Source: Fimbriimonadales bacterium
Lineage (GTDB): Bacteria > Armatimonadota > Fimbriimonadia > Fimbriimonadales > JABRVX01
Reading direction: 5' to 3'
Length of the DNA stretch: 64,000 nt
NCBI GenBank assembly: GCA_045862955.1
Contig: BTVI01000019.1
Location: 981 to 64,980, forward strand
A program made the position numbers and the translations under genes. Shown here one piece after another: positions 41,699-50,790 of the stretch. Every line of letters begins with the position of its first letter. Positions within the stretch are counted from its first letter, which is position 1. The notes under the pieces are model-generated. The model was given only the letters and a program-made list of their open reading frames with translations, had not been told where the DNA came from and searched no databases.

Positions 41699-44022
41699 CG
41701 CCTGACGGGCAGACCGAAGCCGGTGCCTGCCGGCTGCCAATTCGCCGCCGGATCCCACTCGGTGGGAGAAGGATCGCCGGTGCGCAGCCGGATCTCCCGA
41801 AGGAACGTGTACTCGTCCTTGTGCCCTAGGTTGTAGGCGAGGTTCGGGTCTGTTACCTCTTCGAACAAGAAGTAGTGCTTGCCCTGGTAGGTGACTCTCA
41901 CCAGAGCGACCGAGGTGGCGATCCCATACGTATGAAGAACCTTGCCGTCCTGCTCCCAGATCGTTCGATCCAGCACGGCCCTTCCCTGGTCGTCGGCTTT
42001 CGTCCGATATGCGAGTTCGTCCTCGTACACCTTGGTATACCAGTCACTGCCCGTGCCCCGAGCTCTGTATGCTACCACTTCTGCACCGACGAGCGGCCTT
42101 CCCAGCTCGTCCCGATATTGGTAGATCATCTTCGCCGGCATGTCCTGCAGGAACTCGCCAATGGTAGTAGGGGCGTTGCAGTTCCCACCTCGTGCTCGCT
42201 TGCCCCGAACGCGCTCCCAGCACATCGCTTCGAAGACGCTGAACTTCCAGTAGTCGCCACCCATCTGACCCTCGTACTTCTGAATGTGTTGGATGTCTGC
42301 GTCCAAGGGCATGTAGCGCCCGAGGATCGGACCCACCTCGTCGGTGACACGGATGTTCCGCTTACCGATATCGTCGCCTCTGCCGGAGTGTACGTTGAAG
42401 CCGTAGGAGTCGACCAGGTATCGCGCATGGTTCATCTCGTGAATGTAGCCCAAACCACACCAGAAGGGTGGGTCCTCCTCTCTGCGCAGCACGCGGCCCG
42501 AATCGAGCGCCTCTATGGCCCGTTCGGGAGACCACCAGTGATTACGATCCACGATGCTTCCCGGACCGATGTCGCCCGATTCGTAGCCCCAAGTGATGTC
42601 CACCGTCTTGTCGCGTAGGTCCGGGTTGTTCGAAGGCAGCCCCCCGGCGAGTGGTAGCGCGAAATCGGGAACGATAACTAGCCTGTCCAGCCGCACTCTC
42701 TCTGTTATGCCGTTCGGGTACTCGCGATATCGCGCTTGGACGAACATCTTGTTCCATTGCCGCATCAGTCGCTGCATCCAACCTGCGAAGCTGTTAGCAT
42801 CCTTCGTCGGCAGCTTCATCTGGTGCTCGTGGTGGAACTCCCACAGCGACTGCTCCACCCACGCACCTACTAGAATGGCATCCGTCTCGATTGTGAGTGA
42901 GTTGTTCTGCGTAATCGCTTCCGCAATGCGCTGAAGTGGTCGGATCGAGAAGGATAGTTGGTGTCTCTTCGGGTCCCAGTTCCACGGAAGGTCTACGGTG
43001 ACAGATTGGGTGGACGGAGGGCCGACCGGGAGATGCACTCGCCCACTCTCGACCACCTTTCCATCCAGTTTCCACTCGTACAGGCCGACCAGCGGCGCGG
43101 TTCCCCAGTTGTACAGGTGGGCCCGCCAGGTCACGTTGGACCCGGGAAGGGGCATCCCCTCGTTGGGCCCGTCGTACGGGATGCGGGGCAGACGTTCGAT
43201 GTACCACACGTCTATGTCGGGCAGCCGATTCTGGATCCGCCGCTCCGTCCCAACGACGGTGATAGTTCTTGTTAGGTCGCCGATCCTGGCAGTCAAGGTG
43301 CCTTCACCCACCCGCTCGATGACGAACATACCGGGTGTGTCACCGAACGCCCTCAGCCCTTTGCCCCGAGCACTCCATTGCACCTTGTCGGACACGTCCA
43401 TGCGCACGTCCCCTGCCCTCGCCTCGGCCTTCAACCATATCACGGTCTGGGTGGGTTTGCTTATCGCTTCGGTGACCTCTTTTCGTCCCGCGGGAAGGTC
43501 AGCCTGGCGCCGGTCCGTCACCTGGCTGATAGTGATGCCCTCGATGCGCCCCGGAGTGCAGAACTGCCACTCTGCGATGTGCACGTAGTCGTCCCCGGTG
43601 AGGCGGTGGACATCCAGCTGAAACGCGCGAGCGGAGACGCGTTCATCGAACTTCATCTCCTGCACTTCTCCCTTGCCCTTCCGCTCGTTCACCAGTAAGC
43701 GGTAGCTTCCGCGCTTGCCCAACAGGTCGTCCCAGTTATCGGCAGCCGCCACGGACCACACATGCTCCTCGTCGATCAGATGCAGACGGATGCCGTCGAA
43801 GGCGACTGGCTCACGAAACTCCACGCGCACGAAAGCCGGATTGATGGCCGGCGTGCGGATCAGCGTCGTTCGGTCGTGGTCGAATAACTTGCTCGGGTCA
43901 CCGATGTCGAGCTTGGTGGACTCGGTACGAACTACCTTGTCCGCGACGGCGAGCGGGAGGAACACGGTGTCGGCTGGTCTAGCTTGGACGGTGAGTAGAA
44001 GGAGGAGCACTGCAGAGTACAT
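41695..44022 (-). CDS. Large secreted protein: N-terminal discoidin/galactose-binding-like domain, CARDB-like region, and an HExxH metallopeptidase-like domain (paralog of 59108..61189)
   Basis: 775 aa. Signal peptide MYSAVLLLLLTVQARPAD. The N-terminus (RVEFREPVAFDGIRLH...HIAEWQF) is F5/8-type-C-like. The HExxH motif occurs in GLGYIHEMNHARYLVDSYG. Several blocks are collinear with the 59108 protein. Confidence 0.6.
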   Translation of the reverse strand: MYSAVLLLLLTVQARPADTVFLPLAVADKVVRTESTKLDIGDPSKLFDHDRTTLIRTPAINPAFVRVEFREPVAFDGIRLHLIDEEHVWSVAAADNWDDLLGKRGSYRLLVNERKGKGEVQEMKFDERVSARAFQLDVHRLTGDDYVHIAEWQFCTPGRIEGITISQVTDRRQADLPAGRKEVTEAISKPTQTVIWLKAEARAGDVRMDVSDKVQWSARGKGLRAFGDTPGMFVIERVGEGTLTARIGDLTRTITVVGTERRIQNRLPDIDVWYIERLPRIPYDGPNEGMPLPGSNVTWRAHLYNWGTAPLVGLYEWKLDGKVVESGRVHLPVGPPSTQSVTVDLPWNWDPKRHQLSFSIRPLQRIAEAITQNNSLTIETDAILVGAWVEQSLWEFHHEHQMKLPTKDANSFAGWMQRLMRQWNKMFVQARYREYPNGITERVRLDRLVIVPDFALPLAGGLPSNNPDLRDKTVDITWGYESGDIGPGSIVDRNHWWSPERAIEALDSGRVLRREEDPPFWCGLGYIHEMNHARYLVDSYGFNVHSGRGDDIGKRNIRVTDEVGPILGRYMPLDADIQHIQKYEGQMGGDYWKFSVFEAMCWERVRGKRARGGNCNAPTTIGEFLQDMPAKMIYQYRDELGRPLVGAEVVAYRARGTGSDWYTKVYEDELAYRTKADDQGRAVLDRTIWEQDGKVLHTYGIATSVALVRVTYQGKHYFLFEEVTDPNLAYNLGHKDEYTFLREIRLRTGDPSPTEWDPAANWQPAGTGFGLPVRR

Positions 44023-44097
44023 GAGTCGGGGCCCCGATGTGGTGTGGTTGCCGTATTGTAGCCGTTGCGGGCAGCCCCATGCCCCGCGATAAGGCCG

Positions 44098-44679
44098 CTA
44101 TTCCGACGATTGCGGCGTTCGCACCCCATGCAGCGCGGCGCCCTGCTCCACCGCTGCCCGAAGGGCATCATCGTCCGTGATCACGGTGCGGAAGAGTGTG
44201 TCCAGAAGTGCGAACACGTCCAGCAAGTTGCGCACGCGAGTCTCGTAGGTCTGGGATGCTGCGCTCTTCGGCTCGTCGCGCACTAGGGCGAGGCAATCTC
44301 GGAGGGCGGTCACCGTCGGGTCCACCTCGCGCCGCTTCCGCTCGCGAACGACGCGCGAGAACATGTGCCACACGTTGGCCTCCGAGAAGTAGACGTCCTT
44401 GCGGTCGCCCGGGCGCTTGTAGCGGTGCACCATGCCCCACGCCATCAGCTCGCGCAAGTTCATGCTCGCGTTGCCGCGGCTGATGCGCAAGCGTTCGATG
44501 ATCTCGTCCATCGTCATCTGCTCTCCGGTGATGTAGAGCAGGGCATGAATCTGCGCCATGGTGCGGTTGATGCCCCACGATGAACTCATCCGGCCCCATT
44601 CCAGGATGAAGAGCTCCTGGGCTTCGGCAAGGCGTTGCGACGGCGCCGGTTTTCCTGAACTTTCACTCATGTGTTGCAT
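44098..44679 (-). CDS. GbsR/MarR-type winged-helix transcriptional regulator
   Basis: 193 aa. FILEWGRMSSSWGINRTMAQIHALLYITGEQMTMDEIIERLRISRGNASMNLRELMAWGMV matches the GbsR/OpuAR-family N-terminal wHTH. Confidence 0.65.
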   Translation of the reverse strand: MQHMSESSGKPAPSQRLAEAQELFILEWGRMSSSWGINRTMAQIHALLYITGEQMTMDEIIERLRISRGNASMNLRELMAWGMVHRYKRPGDRKDVYFSEANVWHMFSRVVRERKRREVDPTVTALRDCLALVRDEPKSAASQTYETRVRNLLDVFALLDTLFRTVITDDDALRAAVEQGAALHGVRTPQSSE

Positions 44680-44719
44680 TGTGCAGAGAGTGATGCGGCT
44701 GTGTCTACAGCCGCTGCGG

Positions 44720-45121
44720 GTATGGCTCCATCCGCCCTCCCTTCCGGGTATGCCTCCATCCGCCCTCGGATGGAGGCTTCGGGCATGCCTCCATCCGCCC
44801 TCGGATGGAGGCTTCGAGACATGGCGTGCACTTGCGGCTGCTTAGCCTCCACGTGCGCCGCTAAGCGGCCCGAACCAGACCCCCACCCCGGGTATGCCTC
44901 CATCCGCCCTCGGATGGAGGCTTCGTGACATGGGGCGCGCCCGCGGCTGCATAGCCTCCACATATGCCGCTAAGCGGCCCGAACCAGACCCCCACCCCGA
45001 CCCTCCCCCTTCCGCTGCGCTCCAGGGGGAGGGAGTTGCCTGTAACCGGCCCAACCGGCAACCGGCCCGAACCCGACCCCCACCCCGACCCTCCCCCTTC
45101 CGCTGCGCTCCAGGGGGAGGG
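44720..45121. repeat. Composite intergenic palindromic repeat cluster (REP/MITE-like)
   Basis: The hairpin GCCTCCATCCG-CCCT-CGGATGGAGGC occurs at 44752-44777, 44787-44812 and 44896-44921. A ~109-bp unit occurs twice in tandem (about 44783-44891 and 44892-45000). The hairpin CCCTCCCCC-N15-GGGGGAGGG occurs at 45001-45033 and 45089-45121. Confidence 0.85.
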
Positions 45122-45157
45122 AGGAGTTCGTCGGAGCCGCGGCCGGCCGCAGCGGAG

Positions 45158-46420
45158 CTAGTCGTCCCCGCGCGTGTTCCAGCGGAGCAGGATGAGATTG
45201 AGATCTGGCAAGTCCACCTGCGAGTTGCCATCCACATCGCCGGGAGTGTAAGGACCTTCCTTGGTGAAGTTGAGTAGCGCGATGTTGAGGTCCATCAGGT
45301 CTACGAAGTTGTCACCGTTCGCATCACCGCCAGGCAGCAGCCAGTCGAAGCCGCTAGTAGTACCACTAAGGTCGAGTGGTTGTACTACGCGCAGCCACTG
45401 TGCAGACTTGGCAGCTACGTCTACCTGTCCACTTCGTTCGGTAGTGAAGGAGTAGAAGCCGTCGATATCCAAGGGTACCACGTGCGTTTCTAGCACGTTG
45501 AGTGTTCCCGGCTCTCGCAGCTCGAAGGTGACTGGCCACATGCGCGGATCGCCGATGAAGTGGTCCATCAGCACGCGACCGGCCACTTGCTTCGTGGGGT
45601 TCTGCACCTCTACCTTGTACCAAGCCGCGGTCCCGCGCGAGATGCTGCCCGTGAAAGGGATTCCTTTGACGGTAAGGGTGTACGTGCCTTCATCGCCCGT
45701 ACCGAGCCCGAGGCCCTGTCGCGGCTGACCAGTGTCGGGGGGCCAGGTCTCGAAGGTGGAGACTGCTACGTAGTAAGTACCCGCTGCGAGGGAGCGTGTT
45801 AGCTTGGCGCGGAATCCGCTGCCCGAGTCGTCATCATATGCTATGAAGTTGCCCTGTGCATCGAAGAGCGATAGCACCGTATCCGCAATCGTCCCGTCAC
45901 CCGATGTGTCGAACACCACCTGCCCGGGCGTGATGGTCGGGCCCTGGTTTACTTGGATCGGCGCATAGGTAACACGTATGGCATACGGCCACACGTCCGC
46001 TGAGTCGAACCCCTCTATCAGAACACACCAGAGGATGTCCGTGCCATCCCAATACATGTCGAATCCACACTGGCTCGTGAGATCAACGCCTTGGACGAAG
46101 TCGTCGTTGAAGCACAGGATGAATGCGTCCGTGATGCCGTCGTAGAGCGTCATCAGGGAGTCTCCGGCCGAGGGAATGCCCTCGGCTCGGAAAGTGAAGC
46201 GGTACCAGCCGGGCTGGCCCGTGCCCGCAGTGCGGAATAGCAGGTAGTCCACGTCCAGCGCGGGTGAGATAGTGCCGACGATGCGGTCGCCTGACTGCAG
46301 CGTGCCTATTGGCGGCCCCGAAGGAAAGCTGTTGTTCGGCTCCTGCTCGGAGAAGTCGGCGGCAAAGGTGGCCGCGAGGACCATCACGGCGGCACAGGAC
46401 AGCAGTAAGCGAGCGATCAT
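45158..46420 (-). CDS. Secreted protein with PPC (pre-peptidase C-terminal)-like domains and a C-terminal type I dockerin module
   Basis: Signal peptide MIARLLLSCAAVMVLAATFA. EQEPNNSFPSG...DVDYLLF is PPC-like. The C-terminus has duplicated EF-hand-like segments, GDANGDNFVDLMDLNIALLNF and GDVDGNSQVDLPDLNLILLRW. Confidence 0.65.
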   Translation of the reverse strand: MIARLLLSCAAVMVLAATFAADFSEQEPNNSFPSGPPIGTLQSGDRIVGTISPALDVDYLLFRTAGTGQPGWYRFTFRAEGIPSAGDSLMTLYDGITDAFILCFNDDFVQGVDLTSQCGFDMYWDGTDILWCVLIEGFDSADVWPYAIRVTYAPIQVNQGPTITPGQVVFDTSGDGTIADTVLSLFDAQGNFIAYDDDSGSGFRAKLTRSLAAGTYYVAVSTFETWPPDTGQPRQGLGLGTGDEGTYTLTVKGIPFTGSISRGTAAWYKVEVQNPTKQVAGRVLMDHFIGDPRMWPVTFELREPGTLNVLETHVVPLDIDGFYSFTTERSGQVDVAAKSAQWLRVVQPLDLSGTTSGFDWLLPGGDANGDNFVDLMDLNIALLNFTKEGPYTPGDVDGNSQVDLPDLNLILLRWNTRGDD

Positions 46421-46589
46421 ATCGGCAAACCCCTTTCGAGCGGTCGGACCAGCGTCCGCCCCAATCCATAGACGCGCAGCGCCCAGTTCAGTTTACTATG
46501 GGTTGCCGCCGACGGGCGGACGATTGCCGAGGTCGCCGCGAGAACACATCGCGGATTCACATAAGCCCCCGCCAGATAGCCGACTTCCC

Positions 46590-47015
46590 CTACCCCAGCA
46601 ACTCCGCGGGCTGGAACCAGAGCGCGACCTCGCGCTTTGCGGCGTCTAGGTCCGAGGAGCCGTGAACCACGTTCTCCTCCAGCTTCGTCGCCAGGTCCCC
46701 CCGAATCGTCCCCGGCGCGCTCTCCAGCGGATTGGTCTTGCCCATCATCGTCCGGACCGTGGCCACCGCGTCCGGCCCTTCGAGGCATGCAGCCACCACC
46801 GGGCCGCCACTCAAGAACGACACCAACTCGCCGAAGAAGGGCTTATCCCGGTGCTCACCGTAGTGCTCCTCCACCAGCGAGCGTGATGGGTGAAGAAGCT
46901 TCAGCCCAACCATGCGAAAGCCGCGCCTTTCGAAGCGACCGAGCACCTCTGCAACCAAGCCTCGTCGCACGCCGTCCGGCTTCACCAACACGAGAGTCCT
47001 CTGTATCTCCGCCAT
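46590..47015 (-). CDS. ndk: Nucleoside diphosphate kinase
   Basis: 141 aa. It shows RTLVLVKPDGVRRGLVAEVLGRFERRGF, GTIRGD and NVVHGSD (active-site His). Confidence 0.95.
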   Translation of the reverse strand: MAEIQRTLVLVKPDGVRRGLVAEVLGRFERRGFRMVGLKLLHPSRSLVEEHYGEHRDKPFFGELVSFLSGGPVVAACLEGPDAVATVRTMMGKTNPLESAPGTIRGDLATKLEENVVHGSSDLDAAKREVALWFQPAELLG

Positions 47016-47067
47016 TCCGCCTCCTTGCGCTAAACGGCACGGATTCTACCGCTCGGCCCTCGCCGTG

Positions 47068-47910
47068 TCAGGCCAGCAGGGACTTCAGGCGCCGCACGTT
47101 CTCCTCGTGCATGGTCTCCATCTCGGGCGTCTCGATGTAGATGGGCACATGACTCAGCCGCGGCTCGTTAACCAGGAACCGGAACGCCTCCACGCCGATC
47201 TCGCCATCGCCGATGTGCGCGTGGCGGTCCACACGCGAGCCGAGCGATTTCTTGGCGTCGTTGGCGTGCAGGCAGGTGAGCCGGTCGAGGCCAATCACGC
47301 GATCGAACTCGTCCAACACCTTCGAGAACGCCTCGGCGGTCCTGATGTCGTACCCCGCGACGAAGATGTGGCAGGTATCTAGGCAGATGGTAAGCCTCTC
47401 GTGACCCTTGTTCGCTTCGAGCACGCTGGCGAGCTGCTCGAAACGGTGGCCGATACAGGTCCCTTGCCCCGCATCCGTCTCCATCGCGATGGCCACCTCG
47501 GTGGGTGATTCAGCCAGGAGGGCGCGGATGCTCTCCGACAACGTCTTCACGCCGACATCCTCACCCGAATCCATGTGCTTCCCGACGTGGACGACGGCCT
47601 GCGGGATGCCGAGCAGCCGGCATCGCTCCAGCTCCTGCAGATAGGCCGTGCGGGATTTCTCCAGCAGCTCGGGATCGGGTGAAGCGAGGTTGAGCAAGTA
47701 AATGGCATGCGATGCGACTGCTCCGATCCCGGTTTCTGAGACTGCCGCGCGAAAAGCTGCAGCGTCCTCCGCCGAGATGTTCCTCCCGCGCCATTGCATA
47801 GGTGTGGTGGTGAAAACTTGTACACAATCGCAGCCGATGGCCTTGCCGTCGTGGAGGGCTTGCGCCATTCCCTTGGCCGTGGGCATGTGCGCGCCGATAA
47901 GTCTTTTCAC
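47068..47910 (-). CDS. nfo: Endonuclease IV (deoxyribonuclease IV)
   Basis: 280 aa. It shows IGAHMP..., CLDTCHIFVAGYD, LHANDAKKSLGSRVDRHAHIG and PIYIETP. Confidence 0.9.
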   Translation of the reverse strand: MKRLIGAHMPTAKGMAQALHDGKAIGCDCVQVFTTTPMQWRGRNISAEDAAAFRAAVSETGIGAVASHAIYLLNLASPDPELLEKSRTAYLQELERCRLLGIPQAVVHVGKHMDSGEDVGVKTLSESIRALLAESPTEVAIAMETDAGQGTCIGHRFEQLASVLEANKGHERLTICLDTCHIFVAGYDIRTAEAFSKVLDEFDRVIGLDRLTCLHANDAKKSLGSRVDRHAHIGDGEIGVEAFRFLVNEPRLSHVPIYIETPEMETMHEENVRRLKSLLA

Positions 47911-47969
47911 GACAGGACTCTACGAACTCTCGCCCCGCGATCCTCTCGGGTCCCGCCGGCGGTACCCTT

Positions 47970-49577
47970 ATGTGTGCGATGAAGTTTACTGTCGTATCCG
48001 TCCTCATCGGATTGGGCCTCGGCTATGAGATGCACGGGCAGTGGGCGGTTCCCCCTCTGACCGAGCGAGCCCGCGAGTTCGGTCACGAGGCGCGTCAGCT
48101 CTGGGTGGACGCCTCCGCCAACTGGTCTCTGCTCCTCAGTGAGGCCTCCATTCGGGATATCTGCGCCAGGGCCAGTCGCGCGGGCTTCAACGAGATCATT
48201 CTCGACGTGAAGCCCATCGTAGGTCGGGTTCTGTTCCCTAGCCAGGTGGCCACCGAGCTGCGCGAGTGGAAGGGCACACGAAAACCCGACGGGCTGGACA
48301 TCCTCGGAACCATGGTGAAAGCTGCGCGAGCCGAGGGGCTGCGCATCTGCGCCTCCATCAACGTGTTCAGCGAGGGGCACGCGCACTTCGAGCGCGCCGG
48401 CGACATTTGGCAGCACCCGGACTGGGCCTCCACAGCGGTAGTTTGGGAGTGGACCGCCGAGCGAGGTGGGGCTCGAGTCGCGTGCGGGAGGGCTAATACG
48501 CTGAGGCCGGGAGCCACCGCGGCGGTCTTCACTCCGGATGGATGGTCGGCTCTCCAGAAGCTCCCGGAGCCAGAGCAGTGGCTCGCAGTCTCTGAGAAGG
48601 GGGTCGTAACGGCCTCCGGAAGCGGCCGACCCCCGAGAGGTGAATGGAAATGGCTGCTAGTCGGCTTCTCGGCCGGGGCCCTCCAACCGTTAGTGGAGCA
48701 GAGTGGGCCGATCGGCTTTCGAGCGTCGGCCTTGCTGGAGCCGGTCACCGAGCACGCCTCCAGCTACACCGCCTTGTTCGTCTCCCCGCTCCACCCGGAA
48801 GCGCGGGCAAGGCAGATCGCGCTGGCCAAAGAGATCGCCGAAAGGTACGAAGTGGACGGACTCGTGATGGACCGCATGCGGTTCGAGGGCTGGTCCAACG
48901 ACTTCGGCCCTTCGATGCGCGAGGTTTTCGTGCGGCGCTTCGGCGAGCCCGCCTCTTGGCCCGAAGACGTTCTGGCACCGCCGAAGGCGCCCGGCGAGGT
49001 ACCGGAGAAAGGTCCGAGGTGGTCCGAGTACCAGCAGTTGCGGGCAGAGGTTATTCGCGACTTCTTGGGTGAAGTGCGTGCCGCGCTGCCTCCTAGCACG
49101 TCACTCGGTGCCTACGTGGGCGCGTGGTATGACCGCTACGAGGGGGTGGGTGTCAACTGGGCCGACGATGCGTTGCCCGTGCAGTACGGCGATGCCGAGC
49201 GAGCCTTCCGTTTTAGTGGCTATGCTAACATGATGGACTTCCTGTGTGTGGGTGCCTATTACCGTCCCGCCGAGGTGGAGGACCTGCCGGACGATCCGCT
49301 GCTAACGGTGGCAGGGTCTACGGCACGGGCGGTGGAGGTTGCTGGAGATGCCACCTTCGTATACAGCACGCTGTACCTACTAGAGTACAAGGATGCTGAG
49401 GAACTGAGAGCAGCGATACGCGCGGCGCGACGCAACTCGCTGGGTGTGTGTGTATTCGATCTCGTGTACGTCATGCAGAACGACTGGTGGCACGTTTTCG
49501 AGGAGGAGTTCGCGCTCGCACCGGGTCCTCCTCATGCCAACCCCTCACTACTGCGCTCGCTGCGAGATGCCAGGTGA
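47970..49577 (+). CDS. Glycoside-hydrolase-like family 10 (GHL10/DUF187, YngK-like) protein
   Basis: It has an N-terminal hydrophobic signal or anchor. WVDASANWS...AGFNEIILDVKPIVGRVLFPS...LRICASINVFSEG is the GHL10 TIM-barrel pattern. The family call is from memory. Confidence 0.55.
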   Translation: MCAMKFTVVSVLIGLGLGYEMHGQWAVPPLTERAREFGHEARQLWVDASANWSLLLSEASIRDICARASRAGFNEIILDVKPIVGRVLFPSQVATELREWKGTRKPDGLDILGTMVKAARAEGLRICASINVFSEGHAHFERAGDIWQHPDWASTAVVWEWTAERGGARVACGRANTLRPGATAAVFTPDGWSALQKLPEPEQWLAVSEKGVVTASGSGRPPRGEWKWLLVGFSAGALQPLVEQSGPIGFRASALLEPVTEHASSYTALFVSPLHPEARARQIALAKEIAERYEVDGLVMDRMRFEGWSNDFGPSMREVFVRRFGEPASWPEDVLAPPKAPGEVPEKGPRWSEYQQLRAEVIRDFLGEVRAALPPSTSLGAYVGAWYDRYEGVGVNWADDALPVQYGDAERAFRFSGYANMMDFLCVGAYYRPAEVEDLPDDPLLTVAGSTARAVEVAGDATFVYSTLYLLEYKDAEELRAAIRAARRNSLGVCVFDLVYVMQNDWWHVFEEEFALAPGPPHANPSLLRSLRDAR

Positions 49578-50554
49578 ATCTTCGGCCCGACGGCTTCATC
49601 CACTATCCGATGGAGCAGTGGGACGTACCCTTGTGTGTTAGTCGTGGCCAGGCTTTTCGTTGGCGAGAGTGGCGCGGCGGTTGGCTGGGAGTGGATGCAG
49701 AGCGAGTCATCTGGTGTCGGCCCGTCGCAGGTGGTGCCGAGTACGCCACCCTGCCCGAGCCGGGTCGAGAAGACTGGCTTCGCAGCTATTTCCAGCTCGA
49801 CGTGGACCTCGGCGCAGTGCACTGCGCAGTTCTCGAAGCCGAACCCGACTTGGCGCCGTTGGTCGCGCGCTTTCCCGGCCTTCGCGTACTGCGGTGGGGG
49901 AGTGCCGAGGAGTGCCTGCTCAGCTTTCTTTGCTCGGTGAACAACAACATCCCACGCATCTCCGCGATGATCGAGAGGCTGTGTGCGCGCCTCGGCTCGC
50001 CTCTCGATCTGGAGGCATGGTCGGCGGACCCTGTCCCACACCCTCCCCGTTCGCAGGGAGGGTCGGGGCCGATTTCGGAGGAGCGGGCGCACGCGCTTAG
50101 ACTCCACGCCTTCCCGTCCGCAGCGGCCGTGGCGGACGCGCCAGAGGAAACGCTCCGCGGTCTAGGCTTCGGCTACCGCGCGCGTTCGCTACGAGCCGCC
50201 GCACGCGCACTCTGTGAGAAGCCGGCTAGCTGGCTCGACTCGCTGGCGCACCTTCGCTACGCGGACGCTCACCGTGAGCTGCAGTCGCTGCCCGGGGTGG
50301 GCCGCAAGGTGGCGGATTGCGTGTGCCTGTTCGGGCTCGGCTTTCAACAGGCGGCACCGGTGGACACCCACCTGTGGCAGGCGATGTGCGAACGGTACTT
50401 CCCCGAATGGCGCGACCTGGCCCTGACCGAGCGGCGGTACGAGGCGGTGACGGCGCTGTTGACCGAACGCTTCGGCGACCTTGCGGGATGGGCGCACCAG
50501 TACCTGTTCTACGACCGGCTCCTGCGACGGCAAGCCCCCGTCTCGTCCCGGTAG
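49574..50554 (+). CDS. ogg: 8-oxoguanine DNA glycosylase/AP lyase (OGG1-type: OGG_N plus HhH-GPD)
   Basis: SRGQAFRWRE is the OGG_N motif. LPGVGRKVADCVCLFGLGFQQAAPVDTH is HhH-GPD with a catalytic Lys and Asp. The start is either GTG 49574 (a GTGA overlap with the upstream stop) or ATG 49610. Confidence 0.8.
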   Translation: MNLRPDGFIHYPMEQWDVPLCVSRGQAFRWREWRGGWLGVDAERVIWCRPVAGGAEYATLPEPGREDWLRSYFQLDVDLGAVHCAVLEAEPDLAPLVARFPGLRVLRWGSAEECLLSFLCSVNNNIPRISAMIERLCARLGSPLDLEAWSADPVPHPPRSQGGSGPISEERAHALRLHAFPSAAAVADAPEETLRGLGFGYRARSLRAAARALCEKPASWLDSLAHLRYADAHRELQSLPGVGRKVADCVCLFGLGFQQAAPVDTHLWQAMCERYFPEWRDLALTERRYEAVTALLTERFGDLAGWAHQYLFYDRLLRRQAPVSSR

Positions 50555-50661
50555 CCCGGAAGCCGCTCCATCCGATATAATGAACGGCGCTCCTCGCCGC
50601 CGAGGGGCGGCGGGCGCCGACCGGGCTTTTCGGAGGCGCCCCGGCCGAGTTCCCAATAGGG

Positions 50662-50736
50662 GCCGATGTAGCTCAGTGGCAGAGCAGCTGTTTCGTAAAC
50701 AGCAGGTCGTCGGTTCGAATCCGACCATCGGCTCCA
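50662..50736 (+). tRNA. tRNA-Thr (anticodon CGT), CCA encoded
   Basis: Hand-folded. The acceptor is GCCGATG/CATCGGC. The D arm is GCTC-AGTGGCA-GAGC. The anticodon arm is GCTGT-TTCGTAA-ACAGC. The T arm is GTCGG-TTCGAAT-CCGAC. The discriminator is T, followed by CCA. Confidence 0.9.
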
Positions 50737-50790
50737 GCCGTAGCTTCCACAACGACGCTGTTCGCTCGTCCCCGGTACACTCTCTTCGTC

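Noticed and set aside
44671-45277. Protein-coding potential of ORFs across the repeat cluster (85-131 aa, for example PPSALGWRLRD and RPEPDPHPDPPPSAALQGEG peptides).
   Set aside because: The peptides simply mirror the DNA palindromes and tandem units on both strands. There are no start or SD signals, and this is a classic repeat-translation artefact.
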